Source of the DNA: Methanocaldococcus jannaschii DSM 2661
GTDB taxonomy: Archaea > AGJL01 > Methanococci > Methanococcales > Methanocaldococcaceae
Length of the DNA stretch: 32,000 nt
Assembly: GCF_000091665.1 (NCBI RefSeq)
Contig: NC_000909.1
Location: forward strand, 90,870-122,869
Direction of reading: 5' to 3'
Part shown: positions 15,742 through 24,345 of the stretch, piece by piece
How the letters are laid out: every line of letters begins with the position of its first letter
Numbering within the stretch: position 1 is the stretch's first letter
Translations under genes and position numbers: made by a program
Notes under the pieces: model-generated
Told to the model about the DNA's origin: nothing
The model's input: the letters and a program-made list of their open reading frames with translations, nothing else
The model's database searches: none

Positions 15742-16011
15742 TTAAGATTTTCTCATCTCATCTCTTATTTTCAAATAAGTTATCGGTATCCAAAACATTA
15801 AAGACAAAATGTTAAATACTATTATTGGGTAATCATTTCTTAATATTCCATATATTAACCAGAGTGTCAGTCCAGTTGTGAATGTTATAACAAAAGCTAA
15901 TGAGATGTTGCTCATATCTTTCTCCTTCAAAGACTTTATTAATTGGGGGAGAGATGCAAAGGTTGTTAAAGTTCCAGCAATATAGCCGATAACAGTTATA
16001 TCAAAGTCCAT
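15742..16011 (-). CDS. SemiSWEET / PQ-loop (MtN3-like) small membrane protein, 3 TM helices
   Basis: 89 aa from ATG 16011 (GGTGAT SD; the ORF-track GTG is at 16023). The motif is LTTFASLPQLIKSLKEKDMSNISL...LWLIYG...N. Confidence 0.8.
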   Translation of the reverse strand: MDFDITVIGYIAGTLTTFASLPQLIKSLKEKDMSNISLAFVITFTTGLTLWLIYGILRNDYPIIVFNILSLMFWIPITYLKIRDEMRKS

Positions 16012-16088
16012 ATTAATCACCACAAATGTTATAAATTTTAAAAGAGTTTGTTAAAATTTACCAACTTATATAGGTATAGGTGGGATAA

Positions 16089-17279
16089 ATGGATATATCA
16101 AAACTACTGAAAGATAGAAAAATACTGATTTTAATTATATTTGTTACTCTATCTGTATTCTTAATCGTATTTAAAGGACTTGATTTTGGGATTGATTTAA
16201 GTGGAGGAACGATTATTGTTTTAAAAGCAGAGAAACCAATGAGTGACAAAGAAATAGAGGCAACAATTAAAATTATTACAGAAAGATTGAATTATAATGG
16301 ATTAAACGATGTAGTAATATATCCAAGAGGAAATGATGAAATTATTGTAGAAATTCCAAAAAGTTGTGATACTGATAGGATAATTAAAATATTGAAACAA
16401 CAAGGGGTTTTTGTAGCAAAGATTGACAATATAACTGCATATACTGGAAGTGATGTGCAGAATGTTGAACTTCCAACAAAGATTCCACAAGGGGAAACTT
16501 GGGCTTATGGAGTTCCTTTTGAATTAACATTAGAAGGAGCTAAAAAGTTTGCCGAAGTTGCTAAAGGTAAGGCATATCATAAAGTTGAGTTGTATATGGA
16601 TGGAAAGTTAATCTCAGCTCCTGTCTTATCTCCAGACTTAGCTGATGGAAAACCTCATCCACAGCAGGTTATTACTGTTGGAGCATACCCTCCAACTAAA
16701 GAAGAGATTGACGAAGCAATGGCTATTTATTCAGCTCTAAAATCTGGAGCTTTGCCAGTAAAATTGGATATTGAATATATATCTACAATATCTCCAGAAT
16801 TTGGTAAAGAATTTTTAAAAGGAACAGCTATTGCTTTATTATTGGCGTTTATAGCTGTTGGGATAATAGTCAGTATTAGATACAAACAGCCAAAGATAGC
16901 AATCCCAATTTTAATAACCTGTATATCAGAAGTTATTATTATATTGGGCTTTGCTTCTTTAATAGATTGGAAGTTAGATTTACCTTCAATAGCAGGGATT
17001 ATTGCTGCTGTAGGAACTGGAGTTGATAACCAAATTGTCATAACTGATGAGGCATTAAAGAGAGGAGCTGGTAAGATAAGGGCAAGCATTAAAAGGGCTT
17101 TCTTTATAATATTTGCCTCTGCGGCAACATCCATCGCAGCTATGCTTCCTCTATTTGTTCTTGGGGTGGGAATGTTAAAAGGATTTGCAATAACTACAAT
17201 AGCAGGGGTTTTAATAGGGATATTTATAACAAGACCCGCATTTGCAAGAATTATAGAAGAGATGTTTAAAAAGTTTTAA
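16089..17279 (+). CDS. secD: protein-export membrane protein SecD
   Basis: 396 aa: N-terminal TM helix, large periplasmic-type domain, and a C-terminal 5-TM SecD/SecF block (AVGTGVDNQIVITDE). A GGTGGGA SD is present. Confidence 0.9.
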   Translation: MDISKLLKDRKILILIIFVTLSVFLIVFKGLDFGIDLSGGTIIVLKAEKPMSDKEIEATIKIITERLNYNGLNDVVIYPRGNDEIIVEIPKSCDTDRIIKILKQQGVFVAKIDNITAYTGSDVQNVELPTKIPQGETWAYGVPFELTLEGAKKFAEVAKGKAYHKVELYMDGKLISAPVLSPDLADGKPHPQQVITVGAYPPTKEEIDEAMAIYSALKSGALPVKLDIEYISTISPEFGKEFLKGTAIALLLAFIAVGIIVSIRYKQPKIAIPILITCISEVIIILGFASLIDWKLDLPSIAGIIAAVGTGVDNQIVITDEALKRGAGKIRASIKRAFFIIFASAATSIAAMLPLFVLGVGMLKGFAITTIAGVLIGIFITRPAFARIIEEMFKKF

Positions 17280-17382
17280 AAATCCAAACTATTAAATTTA
17301 TTTCTATTTTTTTAGAAACTAAAAGAGTTAAAAATTTAGTTCCTATTTTTCAAATTTATTGAATTAGACTAAATAAAAAATT

Positions 17383-17483
17383 ATTTTTATTCCATATTGG
17401 TCTGATTTTAATGAAATGTTTATTCTTGGAGAGCCACACATTATTTGTGATGAGTTTCCATTCCGAATCGGTCTGATTTTAAT
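17383..17483 (-). CRISPR. CRISPR mini-array 2: 2 repeats (one degenerate), 1 spacer, with full leader
   Basis: 17454-17483 is GTTTCCATTCCGAATCGGTCTGATTTTAAT. 17383-17412 is ATTTTTATTCCATATTGGTCTGATTTTAAT (6 mismatches). The spacer is 41 nt (17413-17453). Confidence 0.8.
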
Positions 17484-17674
17484 TCTTTTAATATTTAAAA
17501 TTTTCTCCCTTTAATAAAACAGAGCATTCTTATCTCCTTAAATTCAAAAATTTAACTTATTAGTTAGAGAAATCTTATTTAGATAATTATTTAATTTTTA
17601 TTTTTAAAAATCTGAATAATTCAATAAACTCAAATATTCTAAATAATCAAACCAGCAAACCCTTAGAAATTAAA
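17484..17674 (-). promoter_or_regulatory. CRISPR leader (long-repeat segment), copy 2
   Basis: Aligns with 1762-1954 over ~190 bp at high identity. Confidence 0.8.
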
Positions 17675-17821
17675 TTTAAAACCTCTAAATAAATAATTCC
17701 TAAATACTCTTATTTTCAAAATCCAAACATATTCAACAAGACAATCAATAAACCAAACAACAAAATCAGAAATTCCAAACCTACAATTTTTCTTTTTTAT
17801 AAAAATATTTAAATAATGTAT

Positions 17822-19288
17822 TTAAGCTGTTTGATTCTTCTCCTTCCATTCTTTTAATATCTTATCCCAGTTATTTCTTAAGAAGTCACCAACTTGAGAT
17901 GAATCTCTTGTTCCAACAACACATGTCCAGCCGGTTTTGTCTTCAATATCTCCTCTTGTAGAAGCAGCTAAAGCTGGCAATATTATTATCCTGTGGCTAA
18001 CTTTATCAGCGATTCCTGTCTCTTCAATTAATTTTTTAGCATTTTCTCCATTATACTGCCCTCCTGCAACTGAAACATCAACAGCCTTTCCTCCAGTGTC
18101 CATAACCAATAGCCAGCAGGTAACGTTATCTTTCTCAAAGTCTCCTGTAACTGTGTAGAATGTTAATGAGAAGTTTGTTGTTAATATAACTGGGCTGTTT
18201 TCGTCTGGATTGCCAATTGGGTATAAGCCTGGCTCAACTGCCTGTGGCTTTCTTGGGTCTGTATAGATACACTGTCTCAATGTTAGGACTGGCATTAATT
18301 CCCATATATCCATTCCATGCATAATTAAAGCATCTGCATATCTGTTCATCAATGTATTGGCTATTGTAGCCTCAAACATCTTAGCAACAACCTCTTTATC
18401 CTCAAAAAATCCAGAGATTGGGCATTCATTTTTTAAAGCATAATAATAAGCGTTAATTGGTAAATTTAATATTGGAAATCCTAAGTATTTATCTTCCTTC
18501 TCAATAGCACTCCTCCTAATCATTACATTCAAATCTAATGTTTCAGCGATATTTTCTGGGTATGTGTGAGGTTCTAAAACTAAATCTTCAATACCATTAG
18601 CTAAGCACTTTGCAGCCATGTTTTTTAAATCTTTAACATTATTTGATGATAAAACCAAAACAACGTCCTTTTTAACTTCTTTAATAACCTTTATGAAATC
18701 ATTTAACGTTTCTTTTGTTGCGGCATAGACCATTGGCTTTGATTTAACAACTTTTAAAGCTTCCTTTATAACCTCCGGATTTAATGAGGCAATGCAAATA
18801 GGCATCTTTGTTTCTTTTTCAACAATTTCTATAGCTTTTTTAAACTTCTCAACATCTCCAGATGCATTTCTTATAACAATAAAGTCTAATTTTAACTTTT
18901 CTCCAGTTCTTTCAAATACAAAGTTCTCTATTTCCTTAGCTCTATTTTTAATTTCTTCTTCACTTAACTCGTCGCTAATATCAACACCAATTGGTGTAGG
19001 GTTAAAGAATGATAACTGATATCTATACATTACCTCGTCTCCACCCATAACCGCCTTTTTTTCTTCGTTCCCAAACCAAACTTCTTTTACTGGTGGAGAG
19101 ATAAGCTCTATAATCTTCTTTTTATTTTTCTCAAATTTTGGGGTGTTTAATATAGGACATTGGTCAATTGTTGCCTCTTTCTCTAACAGTTTTGTAGCAA
19201 ATGCCATGCATGACGGATAACCGCATTTTTTACAGTTTGTTTTTGGCAGTAATTTGTAAATATCCATTGCACTAATCTTTTTTGGCAT
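17822..19288 (-). CDS. cdhE: acetyl-CoA decarbonylase/synthase gamma subunit (corrinoid/Fe-S protein large subunit)
   Basis: 488 aa. The N-terminal CX2CX4CX16CP [4Fe-4S] motif is CKKCGYPSCMAFATKLLEKEATIDQCP, followed by a TIM-barrel and a corrinoid-binding C-terminus. Confidence 0.93.
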   Translation of the reverse strand: MPKKISAMDIYKLLPKTNCKKCGYPSCMAFATKLLEKEATIDQCPILNTPKFEKNKKKIIELISPPVKEVWFGNEEKKAVMGGDEVMYRYQLSFFNPTPIGVDISDELSEEEIKNRAKEIENFVFERTGEKLKLDFIVIRNASGDVEKFKKAIEIVEKETKMPICIASLNPEVIKEALKVVKSKPMVYAATKETLNDFIKVIKEVKKDVVLVLSSNNVKDLKNMAAKCLANGIEDLVLEPHTYPENIAETLDLNVMIRRSAIEKEDKYLGFPILNLPINAYYYALKNECPISGFFEDKEVVAKMFEATIANTLMNRYADALIMHGMDIWELMPVLTLRQCIYTDPRKPQAVEPGLYPIGNPDENSPVILTTNFSLTFYTVTGDFEKDNVTCWLLVMDTGGKAVDVSVAGGQYNGENAKKLIEETGIADKVSHRIIILPALAASTRGDIEDKTGWTCVVGTRDSSQVGDFLRNNWDKILKEWKEKNQTA

Positions 19289-19391
19289 TCTATCACCTTT
19301 AGATTAATAATTACAATTATATTACAATTTTATGCCTTTGCCACAATCTAATCGTAGTTGTTGGTGTTTATCTTACGTATTTAACTAAGCT

Positions 19392-19465
19392 TGGACATTA
19401 ATTGGGGCTGATAGCCCCAACTTAATGGACGGGAGGTATCCCAATAGGAGGTCTCCTCCTATGGG
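19392..19465. repeat. hairpin cassette H6 (minimal two-module copy) between cdhD and cdhE, overlapping the cdhD stop codon
   Basis: GGACATTAATTG-GGGC-tgata-GCCC-CAACTTAATGGAC (19392-19429) and CCCCAATAGGAGG-tct-CCTCCTATGGG (19438-19465). Confidence 0.85.
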
Positions 19466-20646
19466 CTGACAATCCACTCATAGTTGTTTGTGTTTAGTTT
19501 AACCTCTCCTGGCTTGGTTGTTAGAGTTTTTCCAATCTCTTTCAGTGTTTTAACTGATATTGGATTGAGCATCATGAATAAATCTACTCCACACATCATC
19601 ATCGTAATTCCAGTAGTTATTTCCCATAATGGTAATCTATACTCTCTTGGCCCCCATTCAGGATTGTTCATCCATGCCTCTCTTGCTCCAATAGCGTTTG
19701 TTGTTCCAGATGACATTGGCATATTAACCAACTCATCTCCCTTCAATCCATTTAATCTTAATCTAACCATTGCGTTGATTGAGAACTCAATCCCATAACC
19801 TAAAGCACATGTTGTTGGATCCATAACTATTCTATTTGGGTCCAAACCAGCTTCAACAAGTTTTCTATTTAAATCTCTCGCCATATTTGGGTCCATAATA
19901 CTCCATGCTAATACGTTGTGGTCATATTTCATAGCTGCATCAACTATCTTTTTATAATCCAACTCCAAGTTTGCTGAAGCTAATAAGCATCTATCTCCTT
20001 CTGCTACTTCAGCACATGCTTCCAAAACTAAAGGGTCTTTTTGAGGATTTCCACTACCTCCAATAACAAATGGAACATCAACTGCCTGTAATAAATCTTC
20101 CATTAATTTTGCAGCTTCTTTTGGACTTTTATCTTTAATTTTTGGGTCTGTGGAGATGTGGTGAATTGTTATCATATCTGCCCCAAATTCTTTAACACAC
20201 TTCTTTGCCCATTCGCAAGGGTCTTCCATAACATCCTGGAAAAACTGCCTAATTGGTTTTGGTAATCCTGGCATTGGTATATCGAATATATCGAAAGTAA
20301 CAACTGGTGGATTTGGCTGTGGTTCTTCAAATCTATATAAAGCTCTCTGTCCCCCAATTTTCACAACTTTTCCTCTTCCTCCTTCTGATTTTGGTTTTCC
20401 AAATTGGACTTCTCTTATATATCCAGGATATTTTTCAACTGGTGGTTCCCAATCTAACTCTGGGACATCTTTAATTTCTATAATTCCTTCTTCAGCCAAT
20501 TTTTCTTTTATTGATGGTGTTTGAGGAATAACTATTGGAGGGGCTGATGGGATATTTATAATTAATTCATCTGCGGTGATTTTTATATCCTCAATCTCAA
20601 TTCTACCAACTTTTTCAATGATTTTTATCAAAGTATTTAAATCCAT
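19459..20646 (-). CDS. cdhD: acetyl-CoA decarbonylase/synthase delta subunit (corrinoid/Fe-S protein small subunit)
   Basis: Family-typical sequence throughout. The ORF-track start at 20676 is possible, but ATG at 20646 follows a strong GGTGAGG SD. Confidence 0.92.
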   Translation of the reverse strand: MDLNTLIKIIEKVGRIEIEDIKITADELIINIPSAPPIVIPQTPSIKEKLAEEGIIEIKDVPELDWEPPVEKYPGYIREVQFGKPKSEGGRGKVVKIGGQRALYRFEEPQPNPPVVTFDIFDIPMPGLPKPIRQFFQDVMEDPCEWAKKCVKEFGADMITIHHISTDPKIKDKSPKEAAKLMEDLLQAVDVPFVIGGSGNPQKDPLVLEACAEVAEGDRCLLASANLELDYKKIVDAAMKYDHNVLAWSIMDPNMARDLNRKLVEAGLDPNRIVMDPTTCALGYGIEFSINAMVRLRLNGLKGDELVNMPMSSGTTNAIGAREAWMNNPEWGPREYRLPLWEITTGITMMMCGVDLFMMLNPISVKTLKEIGKTLTTKPGEVKLNTNNYEWIVSP

Positions 20647-20843
20647 AACCTCACCCAATCTGTCATTATAAATCATTATAGATTAAGATTAAGTTATTAC
20701 CAAACTTCATATATAAACGTTATTATTTCAATTTTTTAAAGGAAAATTTCTAAAAAATAAAAAATATTTTATTTTATCTTAAATTGACAAACAGTATTCG
20801 TTATTAGATATTTTAATAGCTATATTACATTTTGTATGAAAAA

Positions 20844-20857
20844 CTTTTATATATTTT
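20844..20857 (+). promoter_or_regulatory. TATA-like box upstream of tRNA-Sec
   Basis: CTTTTATATATTTT lies ~40 nt upstream of the mature 5' end. Confidence 0.35.
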
Positions 20858-20896
20858 GGATGTCTATCAATATTACTGCCTACTACCCATTAATGT

Positions 20897-20985
20897 GGCG
20901 CGGGGTACCGGGCTTGGTAGCCCGGGGCGGACTTCAGATCCGTCGAGGGCGAGAGCCCTCGGGGTTCGATTCCCCCCCTGCGCCG
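20897..20985 (+). tRNA. tRNA-Sec (anticodon UCA), 9/4 acceptor/T-stem architecture, CCA not encoded
   Basis: GGCGCGGGG/CCCTGCGCC is a 9-bp acceptor stem. The D-stem CCGGGC/GCCCGG is long, the anticodon loop is CTTCAGA, the extra arm is GAGGGC-gaga-GCCCTC, and the T-stem is 4 bp (GGGG-TTCGATT-CCCC) with discriminator G. Confidence 0.9.
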
Positions 20986-21004
20986 TCATTATTTTTGTGA
21001 GATT

Positions 21005-21916
21005 ATGGAGAAAGTGTATTCAAAATTTGGAAGAATTGAAGATTTAAAAGAAATTATTTCTGGATTGGTTAATTTTACAGGAATTATTAGAATAGACAAT
21101 GCCCTTCTCTTTTACATTGACTCAAAACTTATCTCATCAAAGTTTAATGGTAGAGAAAAAAGTTTAGAAGAGATATTTTCACAAATTCCAGACGAGTTTT
21201 TAATAGAGATTTATCAAGGAAATGAAAAGGAAGTAAAATCTGCTCTTATAAATTTTAAACCAGAGGAATCTATTGTTGAAATTTCTAAGCTAAGCCTGGT
21301 TTTTGAGAATGAGGTTATTTTGAATTCTTACAACGATGTATATAAATATTTAACTTACATAAATAAAGTTATTTTTATGCCAAAAAGATTTAAAAATGAA
21401 AAAGGGATTGTTGTTTATAAAAACAAGAGAGAGGTTTTTGCAGTATATTTTGGTAGAAAAACTTTATTTGGGAAGAAAGCAATTAGCAAACTAAAAACAA
21501 CATTTGCCGTTAGTGAAATAATTGCAAAAATTGAGAAAATATCCAATGAAGAATTAAATTCTTTAAAAAATCAATATCCTGAAGGCGTTTTATTGTTTGG
21601 AGATTCAATTAACGATGTTGTTAAGAAAATAATATCTTCAAAAAAACCTATAATCTTAGAAAATGTTTCATTGATTGATGCTCTATCTTACGGAACATGT
21701 TTAATTAAGATTGAGGGTAGTGAAATTGGATATATTGTAGCTAAAGATGGAAAACCAGTATATGCATTTTTAAATGATTATGATGGAGAAAAAAGTTACA
21801 GATTGTTAAAGAGCATGTGTATTGTTGAAGATGTTAAATACTCCATCTATAAGCTATCAAAAGAAGAGTATGACATGTTTAAAACATTTCAGGAAAACAA
21901 AATCCCATTATCTTAA
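21005..21916 (+). CDS. hypothetical protein (303 aa) with an apparent threefold internal repeat
   Basis: Intact ORF. Three ~55-aa segments each end in similar strings: [22 protein letters not shown] and [12 protein letters not shown] recognise no family. Confidence 0.6.
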
Positions 21917-22380
21917 TCCTTATCAATCATTTTTATAGCCATTTCATAGGCTTTCTTTAAATCTCCTGTCTCTAAGATACATTTTTCAGCAATATCTTTT
22001 GGAATGCCTTTTTTAACAAAAACTTCCACTGCCTCTTTAAAAAACTGGCTATTTCTTATAATTTCCTCAGCAAGCTGTTTTTTTAGCTCCATGTATTCAT
22101 CTGGACTTATGTTGTTTTTAGCAAGCTCATAATCCCTGTAAGGGCAGGGTTTTGTTATTTTACAACACCAAACTAAACTACCAAAGCATGTATTTTCTCC
22201 TAAACCAAGTTTTGTCCTCTTTCCAAATTCTTCCTTTATTCTTATAAACTCCTCTGGTGACATTTTCAATACAGCTAACGCTTTATGAATAGGACAGTAT
22301 TTTATTGGAGGACAGCAAAAAGCTAAACCTCTCAAATCTCCTCCCCTACATATATGAGATGGAGCATTCTCCCAGCCCAT
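21913..22380 (-). CDS. Cys-rich conserved hypothetical protein with a duplicated CC-x5-CP ... SP(E/D)E(F/Y) module
   Basis: 155 aa. [10 protein letters not shown]...[13 protein letters not shown] is repeated as [10 protein letters not shown]...[13 protein letters not shown]. Confidence 0.65.
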
Positions 22381-22384
22381 AATT

Positions 22385-23062
22385 TCACCTTATCATTTCT
22401 TTTATTTTTTCAACAACTTTTTCTATTGCGTTATTCAAAATTTTCTCTCCAAGTTTTTTATCCAACTTAACTCCAAATCTTTTAACAACTTTTGCCTCTT
22501 TATCTATTGCTTTGTTGTTTTCTCTTGCCTCTTTTAGCCCAACCATTCCTACTTCAGGATATTTTTCAAAGTTGTTGTGCTCTTTCAAAGTTTCTTCATC
22601 AGCTTTAGCTATTCCAATAATGTAACCAACAGAAACCTCCTCAGTTGATGCATGTGTAAAGGTTATATTTATCATCTCAACCTTTATATCAAACTCATAC
22701 TCTAAATCTTTTAAAAAACTTTCAACTAAGATGTTTCCCCCATGGCAATTAACTATCAAAAACTTCTCTACACCAATTTTTTTACCTTCATTTATCAAAA
22801 ATCTCATATAGCTATAAACTTCCTCTGGTTTGTTGTGAATGCCATGCTTAACATACTCATATTCAGTTGATGGAATAACAACTCCTAAAAACTTAGCCCC
22901 AGTTAAAATAGATGCCTTTAAAGCTATATAAGATGCTATCTTTATATCAGTGTCTATTGGCAAAACAGCTCCATGATTTTCTAAGAATGACCCAAGGGCA
23001 ATAATCCCCACTTTATGGACTTTTTCATTTAATACATTTCCTGATGATAATCTAAGTTGCAT
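22385..23062 (-). CDS. arfB: creatininase-fold formamide hydrolase ArfB (2-amino-5-formylamino-6-ribosylaminopyrimidinone 5'-phosphate deformylase)
   Basis: 225 aa with creatininase-family features (GSFLENHG...D, NCHGGN). Position and sequence match what I recall of the characterised M. jannaschii ArfB. Confidence 0.75.
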
Positions 23063-23103
23063 AATATCCCAGAAATGTAAAATTTTGATATAAAAAAAGA
23101 AAA

Positions 23104-23277
23104 TTACTCTGCCTTATTTTTATTTTTTAAAGCTCTTTTTAACATTCTCCTATATTTTCCCCATCTATCCTCTAAAGAAAATTTTGGTGGTTTTGGAATT
23201 ACCGTTTTCTCTCCACATTTTGGACAGATTTCTTTTAAAGTATATAGCCCGCATTTTGGACATTTTTTCATTCTCAT
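23104..23277 (-). CDS. nop10: H/ACA RNP protein Nop10
   Basis: [22 protein letters not shown] zinc ribbon followed by [15 protein letters not shown]. The ORF-track GTG start is at 23286; ATGs occur at 23277 and 23271. Confidence 0.95.
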
Positions 23278-23292
23278 CTCTACCACTTATCT

Positions 23293-24084
23293 TTATTTCT
23301 TACTCTCCCTATAGTAAGTTCCTTCTCCACCAAGTTTTTTAATTGTTGCTACTGCCTTTTCACAAACTTTTTTAAAAACCTCCTCTCCACTCTTGTAATC
23401 TGGAGCTATAACAACAACCCTATACTTTGGAGCTCCTATATAGGTTATCTTAACCTCAACATCCTCATAAGGGTTAGCTTTTAAGGCTGTTGTTAATGCT
23501 TTCTTTATTTGTTTAATTCCATCTGGGGCGTAAGATTTCATCTCAATAACTCCTTCAACTTCAACGTTTGTTAGCTCAATACTCTCCTTAGCTACTTCAT
23601 ATAAAACATTTTTCCATTCTTCACTAATCTCTAAATCATCTAAAACTTCTTTCCCTTCAATAACCATTGTTTCAAAGGCATTGTATAGCTCCCCAAACTC
23701 ATCCTCCAACAAATAGCCAACCTCTTCCCAAGCTTCCTCTAAGCTTTTACCCAATTTTTCAGCAGCTCTTTCAAGCATCTTTGAAGCTCTTTGGAATCTC
23801 TTCCATTCTTGAACTTTTGCCCTTTTTTGCTGCTCAGTAACTCTCTTTAAGGATAAATCAATATGTCCCTTCCTCTCATCAACTCTCAAAACCTTTGCAA
23901 CAACTCTCTGCCCAACTTTAACGTGGTCTCTAATGTTTTTAACCCATCCTGATGTAACCTCAGAGATGTGAATCATTCCTTCCTTTCCTGGGTATTCTAA
24001 AAGCTCTACGAATGCTCCATACGGCTTAACATCCTTTACAGTTCCTATAACTATATCTCCTTCTTCTGGAAATTCTCTTCTCAT
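23293..24084 (-). CDS. eif2a: translation initiation factor aIF2 alpha subunit
   Basis: N-terminal S1 domain (EGDIVIGTVKDVKPYGAFVELLEYPGKEGMIHISEV) plus helical and alpha-beta domains. ATG at 24084 follows AGGTG; the ORF-track GTG is at 24093. Confidence 0.95.
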   Translation of the reverse strand: MRREFPEEGDIVIGTVKDVKPYGAFVELLEYPGKEGMIHISEVTSGWVKNIRDHVKVGQRVVAKVLRVDERKGHIDLSLKRVTEQQKRAKVQEWKRFQRASKMLERAAEKLGKSLEEAWEEVGYLLEDEFGELYNAFETMVIEGKEVLDDLEISEEWKNVLYEVAKESIELTNVEVEGVIEMKSYAPDGIKQIKKALTTALKANPYEDVEVKITYIGAPKYRVVVIAPDYKSGEEVFKKVCEKAVATIKKLGGEGTYYRESKK

Positions 24085-24345
24085 AATAAACACCTCATAA
24101 AATTAGATTCTGTTCCTTTAAAATTAATTATAATGTAGTAATATAAAAAGATTGAATTGGTGAATTTGCTTTTTCATTATTTGAGTTTAAGAGATATATA
24201 TTACTTAGGTTTATCCGCAAACTTTATTTATGAATTTAGATAATAAAATTTAAATTTTTAATTTTCTTAAAGTAATATTAAATTTATCGAAAGTATTATA
24301 AAGGTTGAAAGAAATAGTAGAGTTATGAAAAATGAGGTGAAATTT

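Noticed and set aside
20832-21047. 71-aa ORF on the plus strand
   Set aside because: It reads through tRNA-Sec and overlaps the better-supported start at 21005. It is a GC-rich RNA-gene artefact.
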